NCBI GenBank assembly: GCA_038087875.1
Contig: CM075977.1
Span: 233,058,001-233,122,000 of the forward strand
Direction: 5' to 3'
Length of the DNA: 64,000 nucleotides
Source: Malacoraja senta
Lineage: Eukaryota
The notes under the pieces are model-generated. The model had not been told where the DNA came from and ran no database searches. It worked only from the letters and a program-made list of their open reading frames with translations. Position numbers and translations under genes: made by a program. This document shows positions 37,601 through 51,234 of the stretch, one piece after another; the stretch's first letter is position 1; each line of letters starts with the position of its first letter.

Positions 37601-38837
37601 AATTTCATGAACACACAGTGGCCCTGTATTAGTGGTGGAAGGAACGGACCACCTTACACCTACTTTCCCTATTTGTCTATTGGCCGTAATAGCCAGTTCA
37701 GAGTCCACACAACCATAGTAAACATTCATCTTCATTATCTTTTATCTTTTTATCTATCCATTCAGTTATCTTTGATCCCAAGAAGAAGAAAATTTAACAC
37801 TGTAGATATTAAAGTATGGGAAATCTTAACACTTGCATTGGTGAAAGGATTCATTTTTAATGTTTTCTCCACAAATTTCTCTACATGGATTTCTCTACTT
37901 ATTTTAGCATTCCAATTAGTATTGTGTCCAGCTCCTTCAACTGTGCATGATGGATCACCGAGCTGAGATTGTACTTATTTGATTTTGTAGCTGACTATTT
38001 TAAGCACTGGCTTTCAGCAGCATTTTCCACCATCAATAATGAAGAGGTTTAAGGGAGGATTTTTCACTCTGCTTTTATAATCACTGACACATAAAAGCAA
38101 TATGCCATGGCAAATCTCTGATGGGTATCCAAATTGGTCTATATTTGCATTCAAGTTTAGTTTTAGTTTAGTTTGGAGATAGAGTGTGGAAACATGCCCT
38201 TCGGCACACCGAGTCAAAATGATCACCTATTTCAGGATTCAAGATCCTGTATTTGGGTGATCATGGGGAGAAGGCAGGAACGGGGTACTGAACGGGGTGC
38301 GGGATACAGAAGCCATGATCACATTGAATGGCGGTGCTGGCTCGAAGGGCCGAATGCACCTATTGTCTATTGTATTTGTTTGCTTCTCTGTGAACAAACA
38401 TTCACATTTTCTGTCATTCCCAATACTTATCTATGAGCTAATTTGGCTGTTATTTATGGTCTGGGCCTAATTTAACAGTACAAGACTTTAAGCTTCGACT
38501 GCCTTCCTTAGGGAACCAATGTTTGTGTTCACTGACTGATATATGTTTTCCAACTGGATATTATATTGAAGGGCAATGATCTAACAGACATGACCTAAAC
38601 TTTATTGTTGTGTGATTTTCTAAGTCTTATAACACCAAGAATTTTCTCAATTTAGCATATATAACAATGGGCGGTTTTACAGATAGTGAAGATGAATATT
38701 AAAAATTGCAGCAGGATATTCATAATCAAGATCTTGCTGCAATTTTTGACACTCATCTTCACTATCAGTGAACATATTTGGACTATGCATTTCTATATAT
38801 ACGTTTGTGGATGCACGCTCATATAGTTCTTCCTTAC

Positions 38838-38942
38838 CAAATGGACAGTGGCAGTAATAACTATCATCTTGACTCTGGCAGGTTGCTCCATTGAAACAGG
38901 GATTGCACTCACAGTAGTTAATGGTAGAATCACATGTTCTGC
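38838..38942 (-). CDS. FAT4: FAT4 internal exon (105 bp), EGF-like: GRTCDSTINYCECNPCFNGATCQSQDDSYYCHCPFG
   Basis: Not in the ORF track, read manually; acceptor tgctgcag|GC, donor TTTG|gtaagg; EGF cysteine spacing; phase 1-1. Confidence 0.95.
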
Positions 38943-41069
38943 CTGCAGCAATTAAAAGGAAACATTAGTGTAATATACACATTGCAGTTTATTCCATTTA
39001 CCTTTGATGAACTGTATGCATGGTGAGACAATCAAAACGTTTTTTTTTAAACTTTACTTCATTTAATTTTTTGGATGGCATTTTCTGGTAAGTGTACAAC
39101 AATAACGTACAGCTGCAAAATGACTGCCTCTGTCTCTAGAGTTAGTGCCCAAATGCACAGCTCTCATTAAATAATCAGTGAGTGGGTTATTTTCCCTTTG
39201 GAGTCTATTGGTGGGATAACATCTCCCATCTTAACAACCCTGCTACTGATAAAGTATAATTATTCAAATTAAATTAGCTGTTAGTCCTCCTCCAAAAAGT
39301 GTTTAAAGATATCGGAAAATTGTCATATTACTCAAAATGTGAAGGATTGTAAAGGTGTTAAAATGGGAACTAGGGTAAGGTTAAGGCTTCAGGGACTGAA
39401 TGGAGCATCCTCATAGTGTAGGTCAATGTTAGCCTGGGCATGGAATGTACTGTTTAATATTTTCCCAGTTTGAACTGAGAAAAGCAGCAGAAATAAAGAC
39501 ACAGGTCATCAATCATATTACTGGGTTTGCATCCTTTCACTTTGAGAGAATCAGGTCCCTATCATTTTCAATAGAAACATCACACCCTAGGAAACTTATT
39601 TGAATTTTTTTAATGAAAATCTTCTAATTTCAAATTAGAAGTATGTCACAATGTTTTATTGTTGTCCCATGAGAAGATTGGATTCCATGTTTAAATAACA
39701 AGACCTTATTTTGATAAAAAATAAGAACGGTTTTACATGGAGCATGGTTCGATAAGTAAGCCCAGACATATTATCCAATACTTGATTTGAATGATAGATA
39801 ACGTTCATATTAGTCTTGGAATTGCAGCTATCCAATTCATTGATATTAGTGCAGCAGTCCAGTTGAGAAATATTTTAACAGGGTGGCTTTAGAGTATTGT
39901 AGGCATCTGTACTTCCTCATCTAGGTAAACCACTGTTCTGAGAAAGATAAGATGACAGAACAACTGGAAAAAACTTAGGTGAGTCAACATAATGGGTAAT
40001 CTGCTCATTCTTGAATGGGGATGGGGTTGCTCCCATGAACAACACCAGTATCTCGAACATGCACTGGGATGTCCAAGGAATAATTATGGACATGGCTGTT
40101 CACATTCCAAGGGGCCAATTTAGAGGCAAATAAAGTTAATAAGACAGCACACGTTTTAATTTACCTTAAAAAAATGCCTTTTCTGTGCATTTCAAGCTAC
40201 TCTAAGCTTTATATTACGAATAATATTAGTTTAATTTAAACCTATAGATTAAGGTTAAGATGATATAACACACAGTAAGTGTACAATTGGAATGATTGAA
40301 GTCCATTGATGTTATGTTATAAATACCTGCAGCTGTTCTTAGCAAACCATGTGTTGTTTCTGCAATACCTTCCAATACATTTTGCTTCCCTTCGTAGAAT
40401 GAATATTAAGGATGTGGAATCATCAAAATTTATGCCTGAGTCAAGGTCCATTTTAATAGAAGTTCCATAATATTTTTAGAAATTACTAATGCCATCAATA
40501 TATCGGGGTCTTTAGCCACAATGATGACTGCAACATTTGGACAAAATGTTCTTGAATTTTGTAGTAAATCATATGTTGTGTGTGATTTGGACTTACAGAA
40601 CTGTAAGTTGACAATAATTTCAAGACCTGCATCTGCTTTGGTATTTAGTTATTCAAATACATATTTATTGATTTGAATACAAATAATTTAATATAGTACG
40701 TGCAGTCCTTTTAAGTGAATAAAGCATATTGAACAGGAAGAGGAACAGTTAAAAAAAAAAGGCCAGGAAGAAAAGAAAACCACCTACCATATTTAAAAAA
40801 ATCTATTTTCTTTGAAGCAATTGTACCTTCTTTTGAACAGAGGATAAAATGTCCTAAATCATCATTACCAAACTCAACCCTGGTGCAGAAGTGTTTAAAA
40901 CCTAAAATGACATTTAACTGAACTAACCTCTTTTGACTATTCTTGGCCCAAGAATGTCGAACAGATTAACTAAAATGAGGCACAATGCAGCTGGCAAAAT
41001 ACAATCCATCAAAATAAGAGGTACATTTGTTGGTCAAAGGATGAAAGGCTTTTGGTTTCTATTCTCTGC

Positions 41070-41875
41070 TGAAGGCAAGACTGCTTCAAGCATTTAGCCA
41101 GGAGGGGGGCCCTGTCAGAGTTAGCTTTTCTGACTCCCTCCTTGCCAATTGTGTCATTCCTAAGGATTGCGATTTTCTGACCCTGACATTGAAGTCGTCC
41201 AGGAGGATTAGCTTGTTTTCCTCTTGGATGTAGGCCAGGCTTTGTTCAAGGTCGGAGTAGTAGACTCCCTTGGCTGCATCCATAACTTCCAAGGTTGGGA
41301 CGTATGCACTGATGGAACAAAGTTCGCTGATTCCACATTAGAGTGAACCACAGCACAATGAGATGTTCACTTGTCCTAAGGAGGCTTTGGGTGTGACTCA
41401 GATGAGACATCATACCTAATGGCTAATCCCAATGCACAAAGAGGATGCTCTCCTTTTGTTTTGGCCATTCACAAGCACATGCATCTCTTTGCTCTTGAAA
41501 CTGGGCATTCCTCATTGCCTTAACACGCTTAAAGCAATGGTTTCAATGCTAAGTATCTGAGATAATTGAAAATGTAAAGTCTGGGTGATTCAAGAAAATC
41601 AACTCCACTTTATGCTTGCTATGTGATAGTAAGCAAGCCACATTTTTAATGAATGAGTCCACAACAGGCCAGTCTTATCATTACCCTGAAACATTTTGCA
41701 GTTTTTCTTGGTGTAATGCTTAACCTCACCTTCACTACGCTTCCTGCTGGAATGGTGCTAACCTACAAGACAAATGGAAGGCTTTTCAAACTACGCTCCC
41801 TCCACTCTAATACCAAGACCATCCGAACTTCAATCTACAAGCTGCCATGTACAGATGGCATTTACACACCTTCAT
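41070..41875. mobile_element. Decayed RTE-clade LINE pieces in opposite orientations (APE on minus ~41070-41460; RT on plus ~41650-41875)
   Basis: SAYVPTL...YYSDL...KLILLDDFNVRV on minus; TYKTNGRLFKLRSLHSNTK on plus. Confidence 0.72.
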
Positions 41876-41967
41876 AGCTCCAGGAGCTATGATGGCTTGC
41901 CAGAGGTGACAAATTAACTATGAGTACATCCGATTCCATACACTTTGTCAGCAATCTATCATCATTA

Positions 41968-42266
41968 TTTAGTTTAGCTTAGTTTGGAGATACAGCGTGG
42001 AAACAGGCCCTTTGGCCCACCAAGTCTGCACCGACGAGCAAGCCGCGCACACTAACGCTATTCTACTCACACAATTATACCAAGCCAATTAACCTACAAA
42101 CCTGTATGTCTTTGGAGTGTGGGAGAAACTGGAGATCCCGGAGAAAACCCACGCAGGTCTGGGGAAGAATGTACAAACACCGTACAGACAAGCACCCATA
42201 GTCAGGATCGAACCCAGATCCCTGGCGCAGTAAGGCAGCAACTCTACCACTGTGCCTCCGTGCCGC
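41968..42266 (-). mobile_element. V-SINE (HE1-like), full length
   Basis: Head ggcacggaggcacagtggtagagttgctgcctta, V-domain, tail tgtatctccaaactaagctaaactaaa. Confidence 0.9.
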
Positions 42267-42330
42267 CCTTATTTTCCATAAATTTTAAGATCTGAATAAA
42301 GTATAACAATAAAACTCCTATGATGTATAC

Positions 42331-45300
42331 CTGTATATCCAGCTTTGCAAGTACAGCTGAAGCCTCCTGGAAAATTATGGCAACTTCCGCCGCTCTTGCA
42401 GGGATTTGATTGGCATTCATTGATGTCGCGTTCACAAGCAGTACCCATAAACCCTTCAGGACAGGTGCATAAAAATCGACCGATTAAATTGTGGCAGATG
42501 CCTCCATTGTGACAAGGGGATGGAAGGCACTCGTCTATGTCAGTTTCGCAGACATCTCCAAAGTATCCTGGCAGGCATCGGCAGATGAAGGGTTGTACAA
42601 CCATGTTAGCTACAATAACCACTGGGATGCTTTCTTCACTCTGGACTGTTGGACCAACAGCAAGCCTTTTCAGGCAGCTTCCACCATTCAGACATGGATC
42701 ATTTGTACAAGGGTCATGGTCCACTGAGTCTATCCGAACTCCACTCTGCCTGTATATTACCTCTTTGATGCTCTCGAAAAAGGTGGCTACCCCACTGGGA
42801 CTGATGTACTGATTGCTAAATCGTTTCACAGCTACCATTACATAGGTTTTCTTATCCTGCTCATAAATGCCGTAGATCTGTATCGTGGTCCCCATACCAG
42901 TCAGTTGAGAGTTAGCAATGCGTAGGAAGTGCAGATAGTGGTTGGTAAGAAAATCTTTCACAGTTGCAATATTCAGGCGAAGAAGGACACTGTTGTCTAT
43001 CGTAAGATTATTGAATCCCATGAAGAATACGTGCACGTTGTTGTTTACAGCGCTGTGCAAGCCATCGCTGCTACGGACGATCAGATCAAAGGTTCTGTCC
43101 GTTGACCTTGGCTGGCTGTTCAGACTACATGTGCCTGCTGGGATGCTGAAAAGAGTTGTAGCCCCTGTAGTCAGAGTACAGCGGAAATCATCCAATACAT
43201 CTGGATCCAGGGGTTTAACGCTGGCCAAAATCCCACCAGGGAATAGGTTTCCAAAGTAGTGGACAAACACCTCCACGGTTCTGGCCTCAGATGGGTTGTC
43301 GTTCTGATCATGAATGGTGACATGCACGGTTCCTGTGGAAGACATCTGCGGGCTACCAGAGTCACGAGTGACCACTGACAAGTAGAAATCACTGATTTGC
43401 TCTCTGTCAATTTCTCTGGTGGTGGTAAGAATCCCTTCAGAGCTAAGGCTGAAGTAGTTGGTGGCGGAGCTTGTACTGAGCAGCTGGTAGGTGAAGGGAC
43501 CTTGGTTTGGTGGAAGATCTGGATCAGTGGCATTAAGCGCCATCACCGCAGTTCCTGCGCGCTGGTTCTCGGCAATTTCCCCAGTCGTGGATGTTAAGGT
43601 CGGCCCATTGTCATTTATATCCTCCAGGTTGATGACCAAGTAGGTGTTGCCGGTGGCTGGAGGCACTCCTGAGTCAACGGCCAAAACAGAGAGGTTGTAC
43701 ACAGGAATGGACTCACGATCCAGCTCTGCTGCAACTAAAATCTGCCCGGTCTGCGAGTTAATGGAAAAGGTGCCTTTTTCATTTTCACTTTCAAGGCAGT
43801 AGGTGAATCTGCTCCAACTGGGAACTGAGTCAGAATCAAAGGCACTTACAAAAATAACATGAGCTCCAGGCGTAGCCTCCTCACTAAGCTGAACAGAGTA
43901 TTCCTCGGATGTGAAAACAGGAGGATCATTGGCATCCAGCACAGTGATTTTCACAACGACTTCATCAATATCAAATCCACGGATGCTGCCCGCATTCTTA
44001 GCCAGAACCTTCAAAGATATTTTTTCTTCCTTTTCTCGATCCAATTGGCCTGATACATAAATATGGCCAGTCTTTTCTTCAATCCTGAATCCCTTCTTTC
44101 TGCTTTTACCAAAAAGTAGATACTTCACCTCTCCATCGTCACCAAGGTCACGATCACTGGCGAATACCTCCCCGACAGCAGTACCTTCTGACGCAGCCTC
44201 TGAAATCTCAAAGGTATATTGCCTGGAGACAAAGCGAGGGACATATTCATTCACACCACTCAGCTGCAAATACACATCGGCAAAGCTGAAGCGATCCTCA
44301 TCTGGAACATTGAAGGCTTTCACATGTAAGTGATAACTCTGTTTGGCTTCAAAGTCCAAAAATCCTTGGGTTCTGATGACTCCAGTATTTGGATCAATGG
44401 CGAAAAGATCACTTTCTGTTGTCTGAATCGCATAGGCTATCACAGCATTACCTCCAGAATCTGCATCGGTGGCATTTAATTGAACTACTGTGGTCCCACT
44501 TGGAGCATTCTCTGATATAACTGGAAAGTACACTTTGGGGCTGAACAGTGGTACGTTATCATTTGAATCAGTGACGTGGACGGTAATACTGAGGAAGCCA
44601 GTTCTTTTCACCCAACCACCATCCTCAGCACTAATGGTCAGTTCATGGACTTGCTGGGTCTCATAATCCAATTGTCCAGCAAGAGATAAAGCACCAGTTG
44701 AATTAATAATAGAGAACAATCTTCCCTCGTTCCCTTTAGAAATGTTGTATCTGATTAACCCATTCATATCAGAATCTTTATCCCGAGCTGAAACTGTTCT
44801 GATGACTGTCCCCACAGTAAGGCTCTCGGGCACGGTGATGCTGATGTGACTCTGAGAGAACTGAGGAATGTGGACATTCTCCTCAGTTACCAAAATATGG
44901 ACTGTGGCCATCGAGGATAGTGGGGGATTACCTTTATCCATGGCTGTGATTATGATTATGAACACTTTGTGTACATAGGCTCTCAGAGAGGATGCGACAG
45001 AGACCCAGCCATTATTCTTGTCCAATACAAATTGATTTGAACCATTTCCATCAGAAACATGATATTCTATTTCTGAATTCATGTGGTAATCTTTGTCATC
45101 TATTGCAGTGACTTTAATTAGCCTTGTACCAATTTTGACATTTTTTGTAACAGGAGTAAAGTATTTTTGTGAATCAAACTGCGGCGCATTATCATTACTG
45201 TCCACAATGTTGATAATGACTGTCGTTTCACTCACCAAGGGAATCCTACCTCGATCTGAAGCCATCACAATGAAACTGTGTCTATTAATATTTAGGTTGT

Positions 45301-46689
45301 TGGAACTGGTGGAATTGTGATATTTTACTTTTTGCTTGGTGCAGATCTCTCCTGTGCTGGAATTTATTCGGAAGAATTCTGACTGCGACTTAATGAAGTA
45401 GAATACCTGACCATTGAGGCCACTGTCAGGATCTGTAGCTACTACCTGAGTAACTCTGGAGCCAATCTCTGTGAGCTCTGGGAAATCAAGGTAATATGAT
45501 GGATAAGCAAACCGTGGGGCATTGTCATTGACATCTGTCACAAAAACAGTAATATCAGTATTCACTGTCCACCCAGAATCATGGGCATAGACTCTGACAG
45601 TGTAGTGATCCATATCTTCACGATTCAAAGGCCTTCTGACTGTGATGTCTCCAGTCTTTGGATTTATGGAGAAGGGAAGGTTCACATCCGTTATTGAATA
45701 CCGACTAACAGCATTTATTCCAGTGTCTTCGTCTGAAGTGGTAACGCGTGTCACTGTGTAACCAATAGCTGCATTTTCGGGCACCTGAGAACTGAATATC
45801 TGTGAGAATCTTGGAGCATTATCATTTTCATCCAAGACGTTGATAATGACATGACACAAAGAGCTCCTTGAAGATGTCCCTTTGTCAGTTGCTTGTATTG
45901 TTAACGTGTACTGAGCAATGCGTTCCCTGTCCAACTGCTCGGTGTGTCTGATCTCCCCTGTTTGTCTGTTGATGACAAAGTTATTGCCTTTGTTACCATC
46001 CACTATGGTATATTCTATTTGCCCATTGGGCCCACTGTCTACATCTTCAGCTACAATGGTAATTATTTTGTGTGAGAAGGAATTCTCCATAACACTAGCT
46101 GTGAAGGGATCCTGCTTAAAGGTTGGTGCATTGTCATTGACGTCTTTCACAGTTATATCCAATTTCTTATAGGAAGAAAAGGGAGGAAACCCCATATCTC
46201 TGGCTTCGATCCATAGCACAACGTTTTGAACAGCTTCAAAGTCTAAAGGGTTCAGAAGAACAAGATTCCCTGTCAGCTGATCAATATGGAAGACGTCACC
46301 AAGGTTACCGCTGGCTATATAGTAGGATAATGGCCCTCTTACATCTTGCCGTGTGGAAGAGGCTGATACTGTGGTAATATAAGTGTCCACCTTCTGATCT
46401 TCTGGAAATACAAAAATCTGTTGCACTGCTTTGATTTGTGGAAAATCAGCCTTACTTCCAAATCTGACTGTCACAGTGGTAGAATCTGACATTGGGTGGA
46501 TTCCACTGTCTTTCACGTTAACAGTAACCGTAATGTCAGTGCCTCCCGTTAACCTCTGAGCAGCCATGATAGAACCACGGCGTGGATCAATCTGGAACTT
46601 TTCTGCATTTCTTCCTGTTAAGGAATACTGTAGTTCTGCATTGGGGCCTTTATCAGCATCAGAAACAGTAACAGCAAACACAAATGATC
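42331..46689 (-). CDS. FAT4: FAT4 giant exon (4359 bp, 1453 codons): distal cadherin repeats and first EGF-like repeats
   Basis: 1470-aa ORF in the track; acceptor ctttacacag|GA, donor ACAG|gtatac; FAT4-diagnostic peptides such as FLTNHYLHFLRIA, SGVATFFESIKE and YFTPVTKNVK. Confidence 0.98.
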
Positions 46690-47183
46690 CTGTGTAAAGG
46701 AAGAAAGGGAATATGTTAGTTCACGTTCTTGTGGATAGAAATTGATTTGTCATAGGTTGCATTAGATTATCATATCTCAATTTCTCTCTCCATCTTGCTG
46801 GTGATACACTTTACCAATTACTGCCAATCTTCTGTCTTTGGTCTTGTAAGAATGTTAATCAATTTATGGAGTTTAATAATATTATTTTTGGAGCATACCA
46901 GAGACTCGTGCCAGTTCAAAAGCAGAGCATGGATAAAATTAATTAATTCTTTCATGAACTGGGCTTTTAGAAAGACAGAAATAGTATTGAAGCTTATAAC
47001 TGGAACCCAGATGTAATAGTAAAACTATTGTTAAGTATGTAAAACCTTCAGGACAATACTCACTGAATAAAAGCTGGAAATAAATTTCAATTAGAATGTG
47101 AAAAAGTAAACATTTACAGCTTTAGTGTGTAAAGAAAAAAAAATCCTAGTTAATTATCTTGAACACTACAATAAACAGTGAGA

Positions 47184-47283
47184 GAGGAGAGTCTAAAGAA
47201 GGGTCTCGACCCGAAACATCACCTATTCCTTTGCTCCATAAATGCTGCCTCACCCGCTGAGTTTCTCCAGCATTTTTGTCTAC
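47184..47283 (+). mobile_element. Penelope-derived terminal insert with near-intact hammerhead motif
   Basis: gtctaaagaagggtctcgacccgaaacatcacc; 18-bp TSD CTACAATAAACA(G/A)TGAGA. Confidence 0.8.
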
Positions 47284-48912
47284 CTACAATAAACAATGAG
47301 ATCAGCAACTATTCGATCAGATCTTTCCCATAAAAAGCCAATGAATAGGATGTTGCCAGAAATCAATTGTTGAATGAGGCATGTTAAATTTAAGAATAAG
47401 TACATCCAGATGGTTAAAAGAAATGCAAATAATAAATCCTGTAATTCGATTTTTAAGAACAGATTTTTGGTGATTTATCTAAATATATTGCTCCATGGCT
47501 TCTGCTCTTGAGCACAAGAAATATTTATTCATGTGCAGAGCAATAAAGTAGAGATCCAACATAATGAAGTCTGTACAAAAGAGCATTGTTTTTGTGTGCA
47601 ATAACGTTAAGTTTTGCCAGTGTATAGGAATTTAATTTGCAAAACTAGGTGTCTGCTGTGAAAATCAAGCATCTGTTTTGAAGCAGCCAACCTTCGTTCC
47701 AGAGCCAGATGAAATCTGCCAACCCATATTATAAAACGTGCTTGGAAAAATACTTTGTGAGAATGCTGATGGCCAGGGCTTCCTAGACTACCCAATGGGC
47801 CACAATTTATTTATTTTTTGTTTCTGAATGTTAAAGAATGCATATTTCACAGCACAGTGGATAATTAAGAGTTATGAATAAGAAATAATTTGATTGTTTT
47901 TGATGATGTTGTAAAGTTATGTCAAGTTGAGGTTGTTGTCATATGTTGTTAAGTTAAGTCAAGTTGACATTATTGTCATATGTACAAGACCAGTGAGGTA
48001 CAGGTACAATGAAAAGCTTGCTTGCAGCATGTCGACTCGCAACACTCAAAACAAAATTATACAGAAATTATCTAAGATTAATTCTTGATGATATTCTTGT
48101 TGAACAATGGTCTAGTGGTGCAAGCCTTTTGATTAAATTACAGCCTGCATTTCTTCTCTCCCATTGTCCATGTTTTTACTGTCTGTTGATTTTAAACTGC
48201 CAATAAAATGGTAGTGTTAAAAGGTAGAACTGAAAGGACACAAATAGGAAATCACAAAACTTAGTGAGTTCTTATTGAGGAACGATGGTCAAATGAGAAT
48301 ATAGCAGAGAGAACCATGTCTATTTGGAGTTATCTCAAAATACACAAGTTACAATTTCTTTGATAGTCTGGTGTTGAAAGTGACATGCAAATGTTAACTG
48401 AATCCTGGATTTCCATCTATAGCTTTATCACAGCACACACTCCACCACTTCAGGATTCTACCAGAAGTTTAATATTGGAGTCGAGACCCAGTTGGTTAAG
48501 TAATAGTCCTTCTTTCTCTATGGTTTGGCATTGTGACATAAATATGGACGGCACAGTGGACTGGCATAGAATAAAAGCGTTGACTGTTTCCTCTTCATGC
48601 TACTTGTGGAACTTTTTTTCTGCAAATTCTCTGCCACAACCCCCATACTATATCAGCAGCCCCACTTTGAAGTACTTTCTGTGTACTTTGTGCATCTTGC
48701 CATCTTGAAGAGCATTATGTAAGTCTATGTCTTTTCTCTTGCTTCTCCACAGCTACTAGTCAGCTGTATATTTCCACACCTTTGTTTGTTTTAACTTCAG
48801 CTTTCCCACAGTAAATCATTCACAACCCTTGAAGAATTAAAAAGTATGGCTCCAATTTTTAGGCATCAGCATCCAAAATGATGCAACCCGTGGATTAGAT
48901 AAAGATGCTTAC

Positions 48913-49163
48913 CTTCACTTGTCGGTGCTGGAATGTGGGTGACATAGGGGAAATGATGAAATCTGGGAGGATTGTCATTGATGTCAGAAAGTGTTAGAAA
49001 AACAGTGGCCGAACTGGATTTGGCCTGAAGTAAGCCTCCATCAGTAGCCACCACAACAAGGTTGTATGTTTCTTTGCTCTCTCTGTTCAGAAGAGCACTT
49101 GTGATAATTTGGCCGGTGGAGGGATTAATGGAAAACTTGGAGTTTCCACCAACCAGGCTGTAG
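48913..49163 (-). CDS. FAT4: FAT4 internal exon (251 bp), cadherin repeat: SYSLVGGNSKFSINPSTGQIITSALLNRE...DINDNPPRFHHFPYVTHIPAPTSEG
   Basis: Polypyrimidine tract plus ctaacag acceptor, donor G|gtaagc; peptide matches remembered vertebrate FAT4 (GGNSQFTINPSTGQIITSALLDRE). Confidence 0.95.
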
Positions 49164-49527
49164 CTGTTAGTGGAAAGAAAACAAAAGAAACCCAGTCAGT
49201 ACATCTGGATTAAGTAACACTGAGCAGCCTATGTAAAGAAACCAGTGACAACAATAAAAATAATATTGTTCTAGAGAATGCTTTTAAATTACTCCCATTG
49301 CTTTAAATATCATGATTAGTTACTCTCAAAGAAAGTTGATATTTAGATGCTTTAATTTGATATGAGGCAGTTGTATTTGTTTTCTATGATAAATAATTAT
49401 GGTTTTATCAGTTCTTTTCTTTTCTCTTGAATACACAAACAAAAACAAAATAATGCTCAATAGGTACAGGAGCTCTTGTAACTCAACCAGTCCATCCAAA
49501 AACGTAGTGAATAAGAGCAAAACCATT

Positions 49528-50010
49528 CATAAGGTCATAAGGGATAGGAGTAGAATTAGGCCATTCGGACCATTGTCTGCACCATTCAATCATGGCTGAT
49601 CTATCTCTGCCTCCTAACCCCATTCTCCTGCCTTCTCACCATAACCTCTGACACCTGTACTAATCAAGAATCTATCCACCGCTGCCTTAAAATATCCACT
49701 GACTTAGCCTCCACAGCCTTCTGTGGCAAAGAATTCCACAGATACATCACCCTCTGACTAAATAAATCTCTCCTCATCTCCTCCCTAAAAGACCATCCTT
49801 TAATTCTGAGGCTATGACCTCTAGTCCTAGACTCTCTCACTAGTGGAAACATCCTCTCCACATCCACTCTATCCATGCCTTTCACTATTCTGTAAGTTTC
49901 AATTAGGTCCCCCCTCATTCTTCTAAACTCCAGCGAGTACAGGCCCAGTGCCGACAAACGTTCATCATAGGTTAACCTACTAATTCCTGGGATCATTCTT
50001 ATAAACACTC
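49528..50010 (-). mobile_element. CR1 3' fragment
   Basis: ORF 49664-50050 LGLYSLEFRRMRGDLIETY...WNSLPQKAVEA. Confidence 0.9.
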
Positions 50011-51234
50011 TTGTAAACTCTTGTACTCTTGTAAACTCTTGTAAACACATTCCACTGTTGTTTGCCCAACAACCACGAAAAAATAATCTTCCAGCAGGAG
50101 AGAATGGATCGGGAATAAGATTTCCAACCTTGGTTATTTATAGCCAAATCATTCTCTACCCTGGCTTTGCTAATGAAACAGCAACCAGAAACCCATGAGG
50201 TGGGGGGGGGGGGGAGGGGGGGGGTCACTTTGCATCATGCAGATCTGGACTACAGTTCCTTACTGATTCATTCAGGGAACTACTTTAGGAATGTTGGATT
50301 TACTCTGTTCTGTAGAACTCAAACTCAAAAAAATAATTATCTACCACTGTGAAATCATGAACGAAAGTGTGTATTTAGTTTGGCTAAATGCAATACATAA
50401 TAATCACCTACTATTTTCACCATCTCAGATAATCTGCTTTATACACATCTCGCTGAAGGACTATTCTAACCTGCACACACCCCAGCCACCTTCCACCATT
50501 CCACATATAAGTTAATAGTGTACGTCTCCAGATGTTAAATAACATAAAGCACTGATTCCAAAGCTATGACTCAGAGCCAAGAGTGCCTTTAATCGACCAT
50601 GAAAACTCTGCACATCATTTCTTAAGAAAGCAGACTAGTTTGAGTACTGATTTAAAGCAAATAACTAAGTAAGCATGTGAAAACAGTATGGCTAACATTA
50701 GACCCTGTGACATCAAAGTTAAACTCAGGCAATTCATTACACACGCTCTGATTTAGGAAGCAAGGTGTGCATTTGCAGTACCTTTAAATTATAAATATAA
50801 CAAATGTTAAATTAAATATTTTACTGAGATCAGTGCTGGGGGTTTGGAAAGGAGTTTCTCATTGAGAGTCCACCAGATCAATGCAGAATGTCAATTTCTG
50901 AAATGTTTTAAAATCCCTGCCATGACATTCAGTTAAATGTTATTTCTTCTCTTATTGTGGTTCTGTGTTTAATCACGAGTAAGCCCAATGGTTACTTAAG
51001 TAAGTTAAATATGATCTCAATTTTTCAAAGACATTTTTTCCTTATTTTTGAATCTTCCTACAAATTGCGAAGAGTGCACTTTCAATACTTTCGGATAATT
51101 CTCCATTGTTTTTTTCTCATTAAGACAGAAATAAGGATTTGCGTTAATATAGCATTATTCACGGGTTTTGGGTGCTTCAAAGCATTTCATAACAAATGTA
51201 TTCATTGTGTTAAGGTAGGCCTAGACATGCACAG

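Noticed and set aside
42269-46681. The 1470-aa ORF as a stand-alone single-exon gene or secreted isoform
   Set aside because: It has no true ATG or signal peptide, has clear splice sites at 46689 and 42331, and joins flanking exons in phase; the last ~20 codons are intron read-through with no nearby AATAAA seen
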